Shown here piece by piece: positions 36,669 to 44,910 of a stretch of 64,000 bases of DNA; the stretch's first letter is position 1; every line of letters begins with the position of its first letter. The DNA comes from Gemmatimonadota bacterium. GTDB lineage: Bacteria; Gemmatimonadota; Gemmatimonadetes; Palauibacterales; Palauibacteraceae. The notes beneath the pieces are model-generated. The model saw only the letters and a program-made list of their open reading frames with translations. It did not search any database and was not told where the DNA came from. Made by a program: the position numbers and the translations under genes. The stretch is taken from the NCBI GenBank assembly GCA_965116475.1, contig OZ220691.1:2560001-2624000 (forward strand), in the 5' to 3' direction.

Positions 36669-37798
36669 CACGGCTCCGCCTTCCAGAAGGCGATGCCGCC
36701 CGCCTGCTTCCCGACGTCGACGCTGGCCGCCCGGACCCCGGCTCGGAGGTCGATCACGTCCACCGTTCCTGGCTCTCCGCCCACGCCCTCCACGCTCACG
36801 AAGGCGTACCGGGAATCCGGGGAGATCGCGATCCCGTGCGGCAGTGTCCGCGTGTTGGGAATCCGCGCCATTTCCGTCCCGCCGGCCAGATCCCAGACGC
36901 CGGTCGCCTGCCCGCCCTTGTAGGTCACCACGAGGTAGGCGCCGTCCGGAGAGACATCGAGGTTGTACGGACCCTCGCCCGTCTCGAATCGTCGCGTCAC
37001 CCGCCACGACCGCACATCGATCTCCAGCACCTCCGCGTTCCGGTTGCACGCGACGTAGACGTGGTGTCCGCCCACGGCCGGGTGCGCCCACGTCGGGCTG
37101 CACGCGGCCGCTCCCACGGGCTGCGTCGGGAGCCAGTCGTGCGGCCACGCCTGCTCCGAGCCCGGGTGGAGGAGAAAGCGCTGCGTGACCTCGAGCCGGT
37201 GCGCGTCGACCTCCACGAGCATCTCATCCATCATGCACACGGAGTAGTGCCGCGCCCCGTCCGCCGTGAGCCGCGAACCGTGCGGCATCGTGCAGGTCGG
37301 AATCCGGGCGACCTCGATCATCGCGCCGACGTCGACGACGGACACCGAACTCGGCTCGTGCTCGCCGTGCAGGTTGAAGTTCGCCGCGAAGAGCAGGCCC
37401 GCCGGCGTGACCTGCATGGTGGCGGGGAAGAGCCCCAGCTCCGCGCTCCCGACCGGGCGGTTCGTCTCCGTGGAATAGGCGACGACCGTGCCGAAGGGAT
37501 TCCCGTGCGCGAGCGTCACGTACCACCGTTCCCCGCTCGGATCCACCGCCAGGCCGTGCGGCCCGTCGATTTCCGTGGGAAAACGGCCCACGAAGACGGA
37601 ATCCAGCAGCGACGCACCGGTACCGTCGAACCGGACGAGATCGACACGATCCTCCGATTCGGCCGCCACGTAGACGTAATACGACAACGGGCCGTCAGGG
37701 CTGGTTTCCTGGGAGGCCGCGAGCGGAACCGCCACGGCCGTGCTTCCCAGCGCCCACAGGGCCATCGCCATGCGGGGTATGGCAGACTCAGGTAGCAT
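36665..37798 (-). CDS. Secreted YncE/YVTN-type beta-propeller protein
   Basis: Signal peptide; repeated PHGLAVDP, PYNLDVSPDG and PHGIAISPDS blades. Confidence 0.8.
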   Translation of the reverse strand: MLPESAIPRMAMALWALGSTAVAVPLAASQETSPDGPLSYYVYVAAESEDRVDLVRFDGTGASLLDSVFVGRFPTEIDGPHGLAVDPSGERWYVTLAHGNPFGTVVAYSTETNRPVGSAELGLFPATMQVTPAGLLFAANFNLHGEHEPSSVSVVDVGAMIEVARIPTCTMPHGSRLTADGARHYSVCMMDEMLVEVDAHRLEVTQRFLLHPGSEQAWPHDWLPTQPVGAAACSPTWAHPAVGGHHVYVACNRNAEVLEIDVRSWRVTRRFETGEGPYNLDVSPDGAYLVVTYKGGQATGVWDLAGGTEMARIPNTRTLPHGIAISPDSRYAFVSVEGVGGEPGTVDVIDLRAGVRAASVDVGKQAGGIAFWKAEPW

Positions 37799-37930
37799 AC
37801 GATTTACGCGCGTTCGCGACTCCTTCTCCCTGAAGCCTCCGGACCCGGAAACCGCTTCCGCCGGACACTTCCCCTCCTACCTTAGAGTAGACAATTCCTC
37901 AAGGGGTTGCCAATCGGTTAGGTTGTCGGC

Positions 37931-38323
37931 GGCGGAGGGAGAAGAGGTCGCGGACGGGTGCGCGTCACGCCGTTCGAGGAAAGTCCGGGCTCCACAGGGC
38001 ACGGCGCCGGGTAACGCCCGGGCGTCGCGAGGCGACGGAAAGTGCCACAGAGAGCAGACCGCCGATGGCAGCCTGCGACCCGAAGGGGTCCAGGCGCACA
38101 GGCAAGGGTGAAAGGGTGGGGTAAGGGCCCACCGCGTTTCCTGGTGACAGGGACGGCACGGCAAACCCCGCCGGGAGCAAGGCCAAGCAGGAACGAGCGG
38201 CGGCCCGTCGCGTTCGAGTTCCGGGTAGGCCGCACGAGGCCTCGGGTAACCGAGGTCCCAGATAGATGACCTCGCCGCGGGCCTGGCCCGCCGGTGACAG
38301 AACCCGGCTTATCTCCCTCCGCC
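37931..38323 (+). ncRNA. rnpB: RNase P RNA (type A)
   Basis: GAGGAAAGTCCGGGCTCC, AGTGCCACAGA, GGTAAG, GGCAAACCCC and ACAGAACCCGGCTTA conserved blocks; P1 GGCGGAGGGA/TCCCTCCGCC. Confidence 0.97.
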
Positions 38324-38365
38324 TCACCTCATGCCGCGGCGCCGGGAGCGGCACGGAGACCAGCG

Positions 38366-39676
38366 ATGAGATTCGATATCCTCGAGCACACGCTCGACAA
38401 CGGTTTGCGGGTGGTCCTGCAGCCCGATGCGTCCGCTCCGCTCGTGGCGGTCCACGTCATGTACCACGTGGGATCGAAGAACGAGCGCGCCGGCCGGACC
38501 GGCTTCGCGCACCTCTTCGAGCACCTCCTCTTCCAGGGCTCCGAGCACGTGCCGCGCGAGCACCACTTCAAGCTCGTTCAGGACGCCGGCGGAACGCTCA
38601 ACGGGACGACGTGGTTCGACCGCACGAACTACTTCGAGACGCTGCCCGCGAACGAACTGGATCTGGGGCTGTGGCTCGAATCCGACCGCATGGGGTTCTT
38701 CAAGCCCGGGATCACCCGGGAGAAGCTCGACAACCAGCGCGAGGTGGTGAAGAACGAGCGGCGGCAGTCGTACGAGAACCGCCCCTACGGCCTCGCGTTC
38801 GAGACCCTGCTCGCGCGAGCCTATGACGAGGGACACCCGTACCGTCATCCGACCATCGGCTACATGCCCGACATCGACGCGGCCCGGCTCGAGGACGTGC
38901 ACCAGTTCTTCGACCTCCACTACGGACCCAACAACGCGACCCTCGTGCTCGTCGGCGACTTCGATCCGGCCGCGGCGCTGGAGCGGGTCGAGGCCTGGTT
39001 CGGTGAGATTCCCGCGCGACCCGTGGCGCCGCGCCCGGACGTCCCGGTGCCGGCGCGCGGCGGCGAGCGGCGCGCGCTCCTGCGGGACCGCGTCCAGATG
39101 CCCCGCGTGTACCTCATGTATCATTCGCCGTGCTACGCGGACCCCGATTTCGAGGCCGTCGTCATCCTCAACTACCTGCTCGCCGACGGAAACAGCTCCC
39201 GCTTCGAGAAGGCGCTCGTGTACGAGAAGCGGGTGGCGGCGGACGCGACTTCCTTCACCTGGCCGACCGAGAACGCCGGAATGTGCTTCGTCGTCGCGAC
39301 GGCCCGCCCCGGCGTCCCCGCTGCCGACCTCGAGACGGAGGTGAGGGACGTGATCGACGACCTGCTCCGCGGCGGCGTCGAGGAGGAAGAGGTCGAGGGG
39401 GCGCGCAACCGGGCCCGGCGCGGGCTCCTGAACGGGCGCGCGGGCTTCGGCGACCGGGCGGACGCGATCGCGCACGCCGCCGTGCTGCGGGGCGACGCCG
39501 CCTATGTGAACGACGCCTTCACGCGCTACGGAGCCGTCGCGCGCCCCGATGTGGAGCGCGTGGCCCGCGCCGTGCTCGACCCGCGCGGCCTCACTGTCCT
39601 CCACGTCGTGCCCGAGGACGGAACGGGCTCGGCGGACTCGGCGGGCTCGGCGGATTCGACAGGGGGAACGCCGTGA
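38366..39676 (+). CDS. M16 family zinc peptidase, catalytic subunit
   Basis: GFAHLFEH (HxxEH), NGTTWFDRTNY, ESDRM, VKNERR. Confidence 0.92.
   Translation: MRFDILEHTLDNGLRVVLQPDASAPLVAVHVMYHVGSKNERAGRTGFAHLFEHLLFQGSEHVPREHHFKLVQDAGGTLNGTTWFDRTNYFETLPANELDLGLWLESDRMGFFKPGITREKLDNQREVVKNERRQSYENRPYGLAFETLLARAYDEGHPYRHPTIGYMPDIDAARLEDVHQFFDLHYGPNNATLVLVGDFDPAAALERVEAWFGEIPARPVAPRPDVPVPARGGERRALLRDRVQMPRVYLMYHSPCYADPDFEAVVILNYLLADGNSSRFEKALVYEKRVAADATSFTWPTENAGMCFVVATARPGVPAADLETEVRDVIDDLLRGGVEEEEVEGARNRARRGLLNGRAGFGDRADAIAHAAVLRGDAAYVNDAFTRYGAVARPDVERVARAVLDPRGLTVLHVVPEDGTGSADSAGSADSTGGTP
39626..39661 (+). repeat. In-frame 9-nt tandem repeat x4 (GSA/DSA)
   Basis: GGCTCGGCG GACTCGGCG GGCTCGGCG GATTCGACA. 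Confidence 0.75.
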
Positions 39677-41037
39677 CGAACCCCCGAGCCGCGACGCCCG
39701 ACCGGGCCGTGCGCCCGCCGCCGGCCGCCCCGCGCCCGCTCGCGCTCCCGCGCTTCGAGCGGCACGCGCTCCCCAACGGCCTCCGCATCGAGCACGCCGA
39801 GCGGCGCGGTCTGCCCGAAGTGTCGCTCCACCTCGTCCTCGAGTCCGGCGCCGGCGCCGAACCGCCGGCCCTCGGCGGACTCGGCGAACTCACGGCCCGG
39901 CTCCTCACCGCCGGCACCCCCGGCCGGGACGCCATCGAAATGGCGCGCTGGCTCGACCGCCTCGGCGTCGGCTACCGCGCGACGGTCGGCTATTCCGTCG
40001 GGGCCGTCTCCATGCACTTCCTGTCGGAGGTGTTCGAGGAGGCGCTCGAGTTCCTCGCCGCCACCGTCCTCGATGCCGAGTTCCCCGAGCACGAAGTCGA
40101 ACGCATCCGCGGGGAGCGCATCGACGAGATCGAACGCCAGGCGGACGACCCGGCGACCGTCGCGGGTCTCGCCACCATCGCCGAACTCTACGGCGACCGC
40201 CTGTACGGCCGCCCCGCCGCCGGCACCGGTGCCACCGTGCCGGAGATCGGCCCCGACGCCGTGCGGGAGTTCCACGACGCGCGCTATCGCCCCGGCGGGG
40301 CCCTCCTCATCGTGTGCGGCGACCTCGACCGCGACCGTCTGCTGTCCGCGGCGGAGGCGCGTTTCGGCGCCTGGCGCGGCGAGGCCGCCCGGGTCCCGCC
40401 CCCGGACACGCCGGAGCCGCGGGCGAACGACCTCATCCTCATCGACCGTCCCGGCAGCGCCCAGAGCGAGATCCGCGTGGCGACGGTGGGCGTGCCCTAC
40501 AACACGGAGGATCACCACGCGATCATCGTGGCCAACGCGATCCTCGGCGGCCTCTTCAACTCCCGGATCAACCTCAATCTGCGCGAGGACAAGGGGTGGA
40601 CCTACGGGGCGAGGTCGAGTTTCCGGTTCCGCCGCGGCGCGGGACCGTTCGTCGCGCGCACGGCCGTCGAGACCGGCCGGACCGGACCCGCATTCGAGGA
40701 GATCCTGCGCGAGATCGAGACCATGCGCACGACACCCGTCACCGCCGACGAAATGAAGCTGGCCCGCAACGCCCTCACGCTCTCCCTTCCGCTCCAGTTC
40801 GAGACCGCGGTGCAGATCTGCGGAAAGGCGAGCCGTCAGCGCATATTCGGTCTCCCCGACGACTACTGGGAGACGTACCGCTCGCGCATCGAGGCCGTGA
40901 CGCCCGACGAGGTGCGGGAGGTCTGCCGCACGTACCTCGATCCCGACCGCCTCACGCTCCTCGCCGTGGGCGATGCGGCGACGGCCGCGCCGACGCTGAA
41001 CGGTCTCGGGCCCGTGGATGTCCGGCCCGCCCCGTGA
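39673..41037 (+). CDS. M16 family peptidase, non-catalytic partner subunit
   Basis: Lacks HxxEH; has SRINLNLREDKGWTYG (R/Y pair); GTGA-coupled. Confidence 0.88.
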   Translation: MTNPRAATPDRAVRPPPAAPRPLALPRFERHALPNGLRIEHAERRGLPEVSLHLVLESGAGAEPPALGGLGELTARLLTAGTPGRDAIEMARWLDRLGVGYRATVGYSVGAVSMHFLSEVFEEALEFLAATVLDAEFPEHEVERIRGERIDEIERQADDPATVAGLATIAELYGDRLYGRPAAGTGATVPEIGPDAVREFHDARYRPGGALLIVCGDLDRDRLLSAAEARFGAWRGEAARVPPPDTPEPRANDLILIDRPGSAQSEIRVATVGVPYNTEDHHAIIVANAILGGLFNSRINLNLREDKGWTYGARSSFRFRRGAGPFVARTAVETGRTGPAFEEILREIETMRTTPVTADEMKLARNALTLSLPLQFETAVQICGKASRQRIFGLPDDYWETYRSRIEAVTPDEVREVCRTYLDPDRLTLLAVGDAATAAPTLNGLGPVDVRPAP

Positions 41038-41044
41038 GCGCGCC

Positions 41045-41680
41045 ATGACCGGCGGCGCGCAGGAAGGCGCCGAGCGCTGCGGCCCGACCGGCCGCGTGGA
41101 CGGGGAGCGCGTCTACTCCGGCCGCAGGATCCACGTCGATGTGGATCGCGTGCGGTTCCCGGACGGGTCCATCGGCCGGCTCGAATTGATCCGCCACCCC
41201 GGCGCCGCCGCCGTCGTCGCGCTGGACCTTCCCGCCCCTCTCCCCGAGACCGCCGGCGCCTCTCCGCGCGAACCCGCCGTCACGCTGGTGCGTCAATACA
41301 GGTACGCCGCCGACGGCTACATCTGGGAAGTGCCGGCCGGGAACCTCGAGCCCGGCGAGCCCCCCGAGGCGTGCGCCCTCCGGGAACTGGAGGAGGAGGC
41401 GGGACTGCGCGCCGGGCGCCTGGAGCGGCTGGCCTCCGTACGCACGACGCCGGGTTTCACGGACGAGATCATTCACCTCTTCGTCGCGTGGGATCTGGAG
41501 GCGGGGGAGACGAGTCACGAGGCGAGCGAGTTCATGGATGTGCATCGGCTGCCCCTGCGCCGTACCATCGAGATGATCGATGCGGGAGAGATCAGTGACG
41601 GCAAGACGATCTGCGCGCTGACCCTCGCGGCGCGCTGGGTCGCCCGCCGGATGGATCGAATCGGCGGCGGTGGGGTTTAA
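41045..41680 (+). CDS. nudF: Nudix hydrolase, ADP-ribose pyrophosphatase-like
   Basis: EVPAG...CALRELEEEAG Nudix box, RQYRY, TPGFTDE, ISDGKT. Confidence 0.8.
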   Translation: MTGGAQEGAERCGPTGRVDGERVYSGRRIHVDVDRVRFPDGSIGRLELIRHPGAAAVVALDLPAPLPETAGASPREPAVTLVRQYRYAADGYIWEVPAGNLEPGEPPEACALRELEEEAGLRAGRLERLASVRTTPGFTDEIIHLFVAWDLEAGETSHEASEFMDVHRLPLRRTIEMIDAGEISDGKTICALTLAARWVARRMDRIGGGGV

Positions 41681-41735
41681 CGCGTCGGAGCGACTGCAAC
41701 GAGAGCTGTAGCGAGAGCCCCGCAAAGGGAGCGGC

Positions 41736-42392
41736 ATGGACACGAAGCCGAACCTCGAAGTCACGAGCCAATACGCGGCGCCGGAGGGGATGGCGTCGCT
41801 CGGGCGCGCAGAGCTGAAGCGCCTCGAGGACGCCGAACTCGTCACCCATTACCTGGCGGGGCAGCGCTTCGCGTTCAATGAGATCGCCGACCGCTACCAG
41901 GATCGCCTGCTGAACTTCATCTACCGCACGATCGGCGACCGGGACCGGGCCGAGGATCTCGTGCAGGAGACCTTCGTCCGCGTCTACCGGCACCTCCACC
42001 GGTTCGATCCCGCGCGGAAGTTCTCAACCTGGATCTATACGATCGCCAGCAACCTGGCGAAGAACGAATTGCGGAACCGGGCGCGCAACCCACTGGTACT
42101 CTTCCATTCGCTCCGGAAGAGTTGGGAAGCCGACCATCGTCCGCTGGAGTTCGAGGATACGGCCTACCGGCCCGACGACCTGTTTCGCAAGCGGCGTGTG
42201 CGCGAGCAGGTCGAGGCCGCGGTGGCGGAGCTTCCCGAGCATCACCGCGTCGTATTCGTGCTGCGCGAGCTCGAAGGGAAGAGCTACGAGGAGATTTCGG
42301 AGATCACGGGAGTGACGCTGGGCACCGTGAAGTCGCGCCTCAACCGGGCGCGGAACCGGTTCGCCCGCATCATCGCCCCGATGCTCGATTGA
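41736..42392 (+). CDS. ECF RNA polymerase sigma factor
   Basis: AEDLVQETF, FSTWIYTIASN, SYEEISE...GTVKSRLNRAR. Confidence 0.93.
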   Translation: MDTKPNLEVTSQYAAPEGMASLGRAELKRLEDAELVTHYLAGQRFAFNEIADRYQDRLLNFIYRTIGDRDRAEDLVQETFVRVYRHLHRFDPARKFSTWIYTIASNLAKNELRNRARNPLVLFHSLRKSWEADHRPLEFEDTAYRPDDLFRKRRVREQVEAAVAELPEHHRVVFVLRELEGKSYEEISEITGVTLGTVKSRLNRARNRFARIIAPMLD

Positions 42393-42485
42393 AGCCCGGG
42401 GCCCGCACGGCCCGGCCGCCGGAAGGAACCCCGGCACGCGGTCAAGAGTAGATGGGCACGGATGGACGTTTTTCGTGATGGTGCA

Positions 42486-43061
42486 ATGATGGTTTGCAAA
42501 GAGTTTATCGAGCGACATACCGACTACCTCGACGGTACGCTTGCCGCCGGCGAGCGCCGTCGTTTCGACGCGCATCTGGAGGACTGCCGGTCGTGTCGGC
42601 GCTACCAGCGGGTCATGACCCGCGGGCTCGCCGCATGGCGCGCCCTCCCTCGCGTCTCCACCTCTCCGGACTTTCTTCCCCGCCTGCAGCATCGCCTCTA
42701 CCACGTCGACGAGTCCCCGAAGCGGTCGTGGCGCGGCCAGGTCGGCCGGGCCGCCGCCATCGTCGTGGCGTCGGCGGGACTCTTCACGCTCGGCGTGTCG
42801 AACGGAAGCCAGCCCCTGCTCGTCGAAGTGCAGCTTCCGCCGGTGATGGCGGACGTTCCGGCGGAAACGGTGGCCGAGAGCCAGGGGGCGCGGTTCGCCG
42901 GCGACCCCTACGTGCCCGACTGGTTCCTCGTCCCGTTCGCTCCCGCACTCGATGATGGAGGCGGGTTGTTCGGCCAGTCCTACGCGGTGCCGATCGCGAC
43001 GAGCGATTCCATTGTCGTGCCGGTCGAGCGACGCTCCGGCCAGCTCGACGAGTCTCGCTGA
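42486..43061 (+). CDS. Zinc-finger (zf-HC2/ZAS) membrane anti-sigma factor
   Basis: HLEDCRSC (HxxxCxxC), one TM helix, directly after the ECF sigma. Confidence 0.85.
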   Translation: MMVCKEFIERHTDYLDGTLAAGERRRFDAHLEDCRSCRRYQRVMTRGLAAWRALPRVSTSPDFLPRLQHRLYHVDESPKRSWRGQVGRAAAIVVASAGLFTLGVSNGSQPLLVEVQLPPVMADVPAETVAESQGARFAGDPYVPDWFLVPFAPALDDGGGLFGQSYAVPIATSDSIVVPVERRSGQLDESR

Positions 43062-43089
43062 CCCCGCGGCACGGGTCTCTCCCGGCGCC

Positions 43090-44100
43090 TTGAGCGGGCC
43101 CCTCGACCCGCGGCTCTCCCGAGCCCTGGGGAAGGCTCCGCCGACCGGCGCCTGGTTCCTGCACGGAGACGCGGTCCGCCTGCGGGACGAAGCCGCGCAG
43201 CAACTCGTCGAGGCCGCCGTGGACCCGGCCACGCGCGACTTCAACTACGATCAGTTCCACGCCGAAGACGTGACGGACGAGCAGCTCGCCGCCACCTTGG
43301 CCATGCCCCCCATGATGGCCGAACGCCGCGTCGTCTTCGTACGCGACGTCGAGCGACTCGGGACGAAGGCTCGCGCGGTCCTGCAGCGGGTCGCGGCGGC
43401 GCCGCCCGCCGACCTCGCCCTCATCGTCACGGCGCGCATCCCCAAGAGGTCGCGCGCGGCGTTCTACCGTGACCTCCGGAAGGTCTGCCGCACGCTGGAG
43501 TGGACGACGCCGCGGGCGGCGGAGATCCCCGGCTGGATCCACGACCGGGCGCGCAGACGCTGGAAGCTCGACCTCTCGCCGGCGGCGGCGCAGTGGATCG
43601 CGGGAGCCGTGGGGTCGGACCTTTCCACGCTGGACGCCGAACTCGAGAAGCTCGCTTCGCTGCCCGCCGACCGCCGGACCGACTCGGACATCCGCGACAT
43701 CGTTCCCCGGACCCACCGCATCGATCGCTGGAGCTGGCTCGACCTCGTGGCTTCGCGCGACTACCGGCGCGCCTTGCGCGAGTTGGAAAACGTGCTCACT
43801 TCGGAACGGGGGGTCGGGCTGGTCGCCGGACTTGTGGAACAGCACCTTCTGCTTGGTCTGGCCCTCGACGCGGGACCCGCCGGCCTGCGCGCCGCCCTGT
43901 CGGAGACCGGGCGCGGCTATCTCTCCTGGAAGGCGAACGCCTACGCGAAGCAGGCGAGGGCATGGACCGTACACGAACTCGATCACGCGCTGCGGGTGCT
44001 TCACCGCGCCGACCGGCACCTCAAGTCGGGGCGGGGAGACCACGCGGTGCTCTCCGGCATGCTCCTGGAACTGGGGCGGACGGAGCACGCCCGGAGATGA
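43090..44100 (+). CDS. holA: DNA polymerase III delta subunit
   Basis: FLHGD, DFNYD, PMMAERRVVFV, ELEKL, ADRHLKSG; TTG start chosen (uncertain). Confidence 0.85.
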   Translation: MSGPLDPRLSRALGKAPPTGAWFLHGDAVRLRDEAAQQLVEAAVDPATRDFNYDQFHAEDVTDEQLAATLAMPPMMAERRVVFVRDVERLGTKARAVLQRVAAAPPADLALIVTARIPKRSRAAFYRDLRKVCRTLEWTTPRAAEIPGWIHDRARRRWKLDLSPAAAQWIAGAVGSDLSTLDAELEKLASLPADRRTDSDIRDIVPRTHRIDRWSWLDLVASRDYRRALRELENVLTSERGVGLVAGLVEQHLLLGLALDAGPAGLRAALSETGRGYLSWKANAYAKQARAWTVHELDHALRVLHRADRHLKSGRGDHAVLSGMLLELGRTEHARR

Positions 44101-44903
44101 CTCGGGGCGGCCGCGCCCTGGCGCTGCTCGTCGGCGCGGCGTTAGGGGGATTCTCCGTCCCCTCGGCCGCGCAAGCCGCGCAGGCCGCCGCTCCCGTGGA
44201 TCTGGACCATCTCGAGGCACGGATCGAGGCCGGGAGGTTCGAGGGCGCCGCGGAGGCGATCGAGCGCTGGCTCGCCACGGAGGCGCGGAATGCGGCTCGC
44301 GGCGACGTGCTGCGCGCGCGCTACCTGAGGGCGCGCCTCCTGGCCGACCCTGATTCCGCCCGCGCGGAACTCCTCTCCGTCGCCATGGACGGCGGCTCGC
44401 GCCACGGATCCCGAGCCTGGCTGCGGCTGGCGCAACTGGACCTGGCGCTCGACGAGCCCTCCCGGGCGGCGGCCGACCTCGAACGCCTGCGATCGGACCA
44501 TCCCCGGAGCGCCGAGACCATCGAGTCCTGGTACTGGACGGCCCGGACGTTCGAGGCCCGGGGGCAGATCGATCGGGCGTGCGAGGCGTGGCAACGGGGG
44601 ATCGCGGAGGGCCGCCGCGTCGACGCCACGGAGACCGTGCGCCTCGCGGAAGCCGCGGCACTCGGCTGCGCGACGGGGGCCCCGCGCTTCGCGATCCAGG
44701 TGGCGGCGTTCTCGCGCCGGGATCCGGCGGAGGACGTCCGTGGGCGGCTGGAGGCCGCGGGCTTCTTCTCCCGCGTCGTCGAGCAGGACGGACTGCACCG
44801 CGTCCGGCTGGGCCGCTTCGCCCGCCGGGAAGCGGCCGAGAGCCTCGTGCGCCGACTCCGGGATGAGGGCTTCGAGCCCGCCGTCATCCCCGTCGTCTCG
44901 TGA
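44097..44903 (+). CDS. Secreted TPR-like plus SPOR domain protein
   Basis: Signal peptide; C-terminal FAIQVAAFS...HRVRLGRF...A SPOR motif. Confidence 0.82.
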   Translation: MTRGGRALALLVGAALGGFSVPSAAQAAQAAAPVDLDHLEARIEAGRFEGAAEAIERWLATEARNAARGDVLRARYLRARLLADPDSARAELLSVAMDGGSRHGSRAWLRLAQLDLALDEPSRAAADLERLRSDHPRSAETIESWYWTARTFEARGQIDRACEAWQRGIAEGRRVDATETVRLAEAAALGCATGAPRFAIQVAAFSRRDPAEDVRGRLEAAGFFSRVVEQDGLHRVRLGRFARREAAESLVRRLRDEGFEPAVIPVVS

Positions 44904-44910
44904 GGCGGTG

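Noticed and set aside
37740..38354. Several short ORFs on both strands
   Set aside because: They overlap the RNase P RNA gene.
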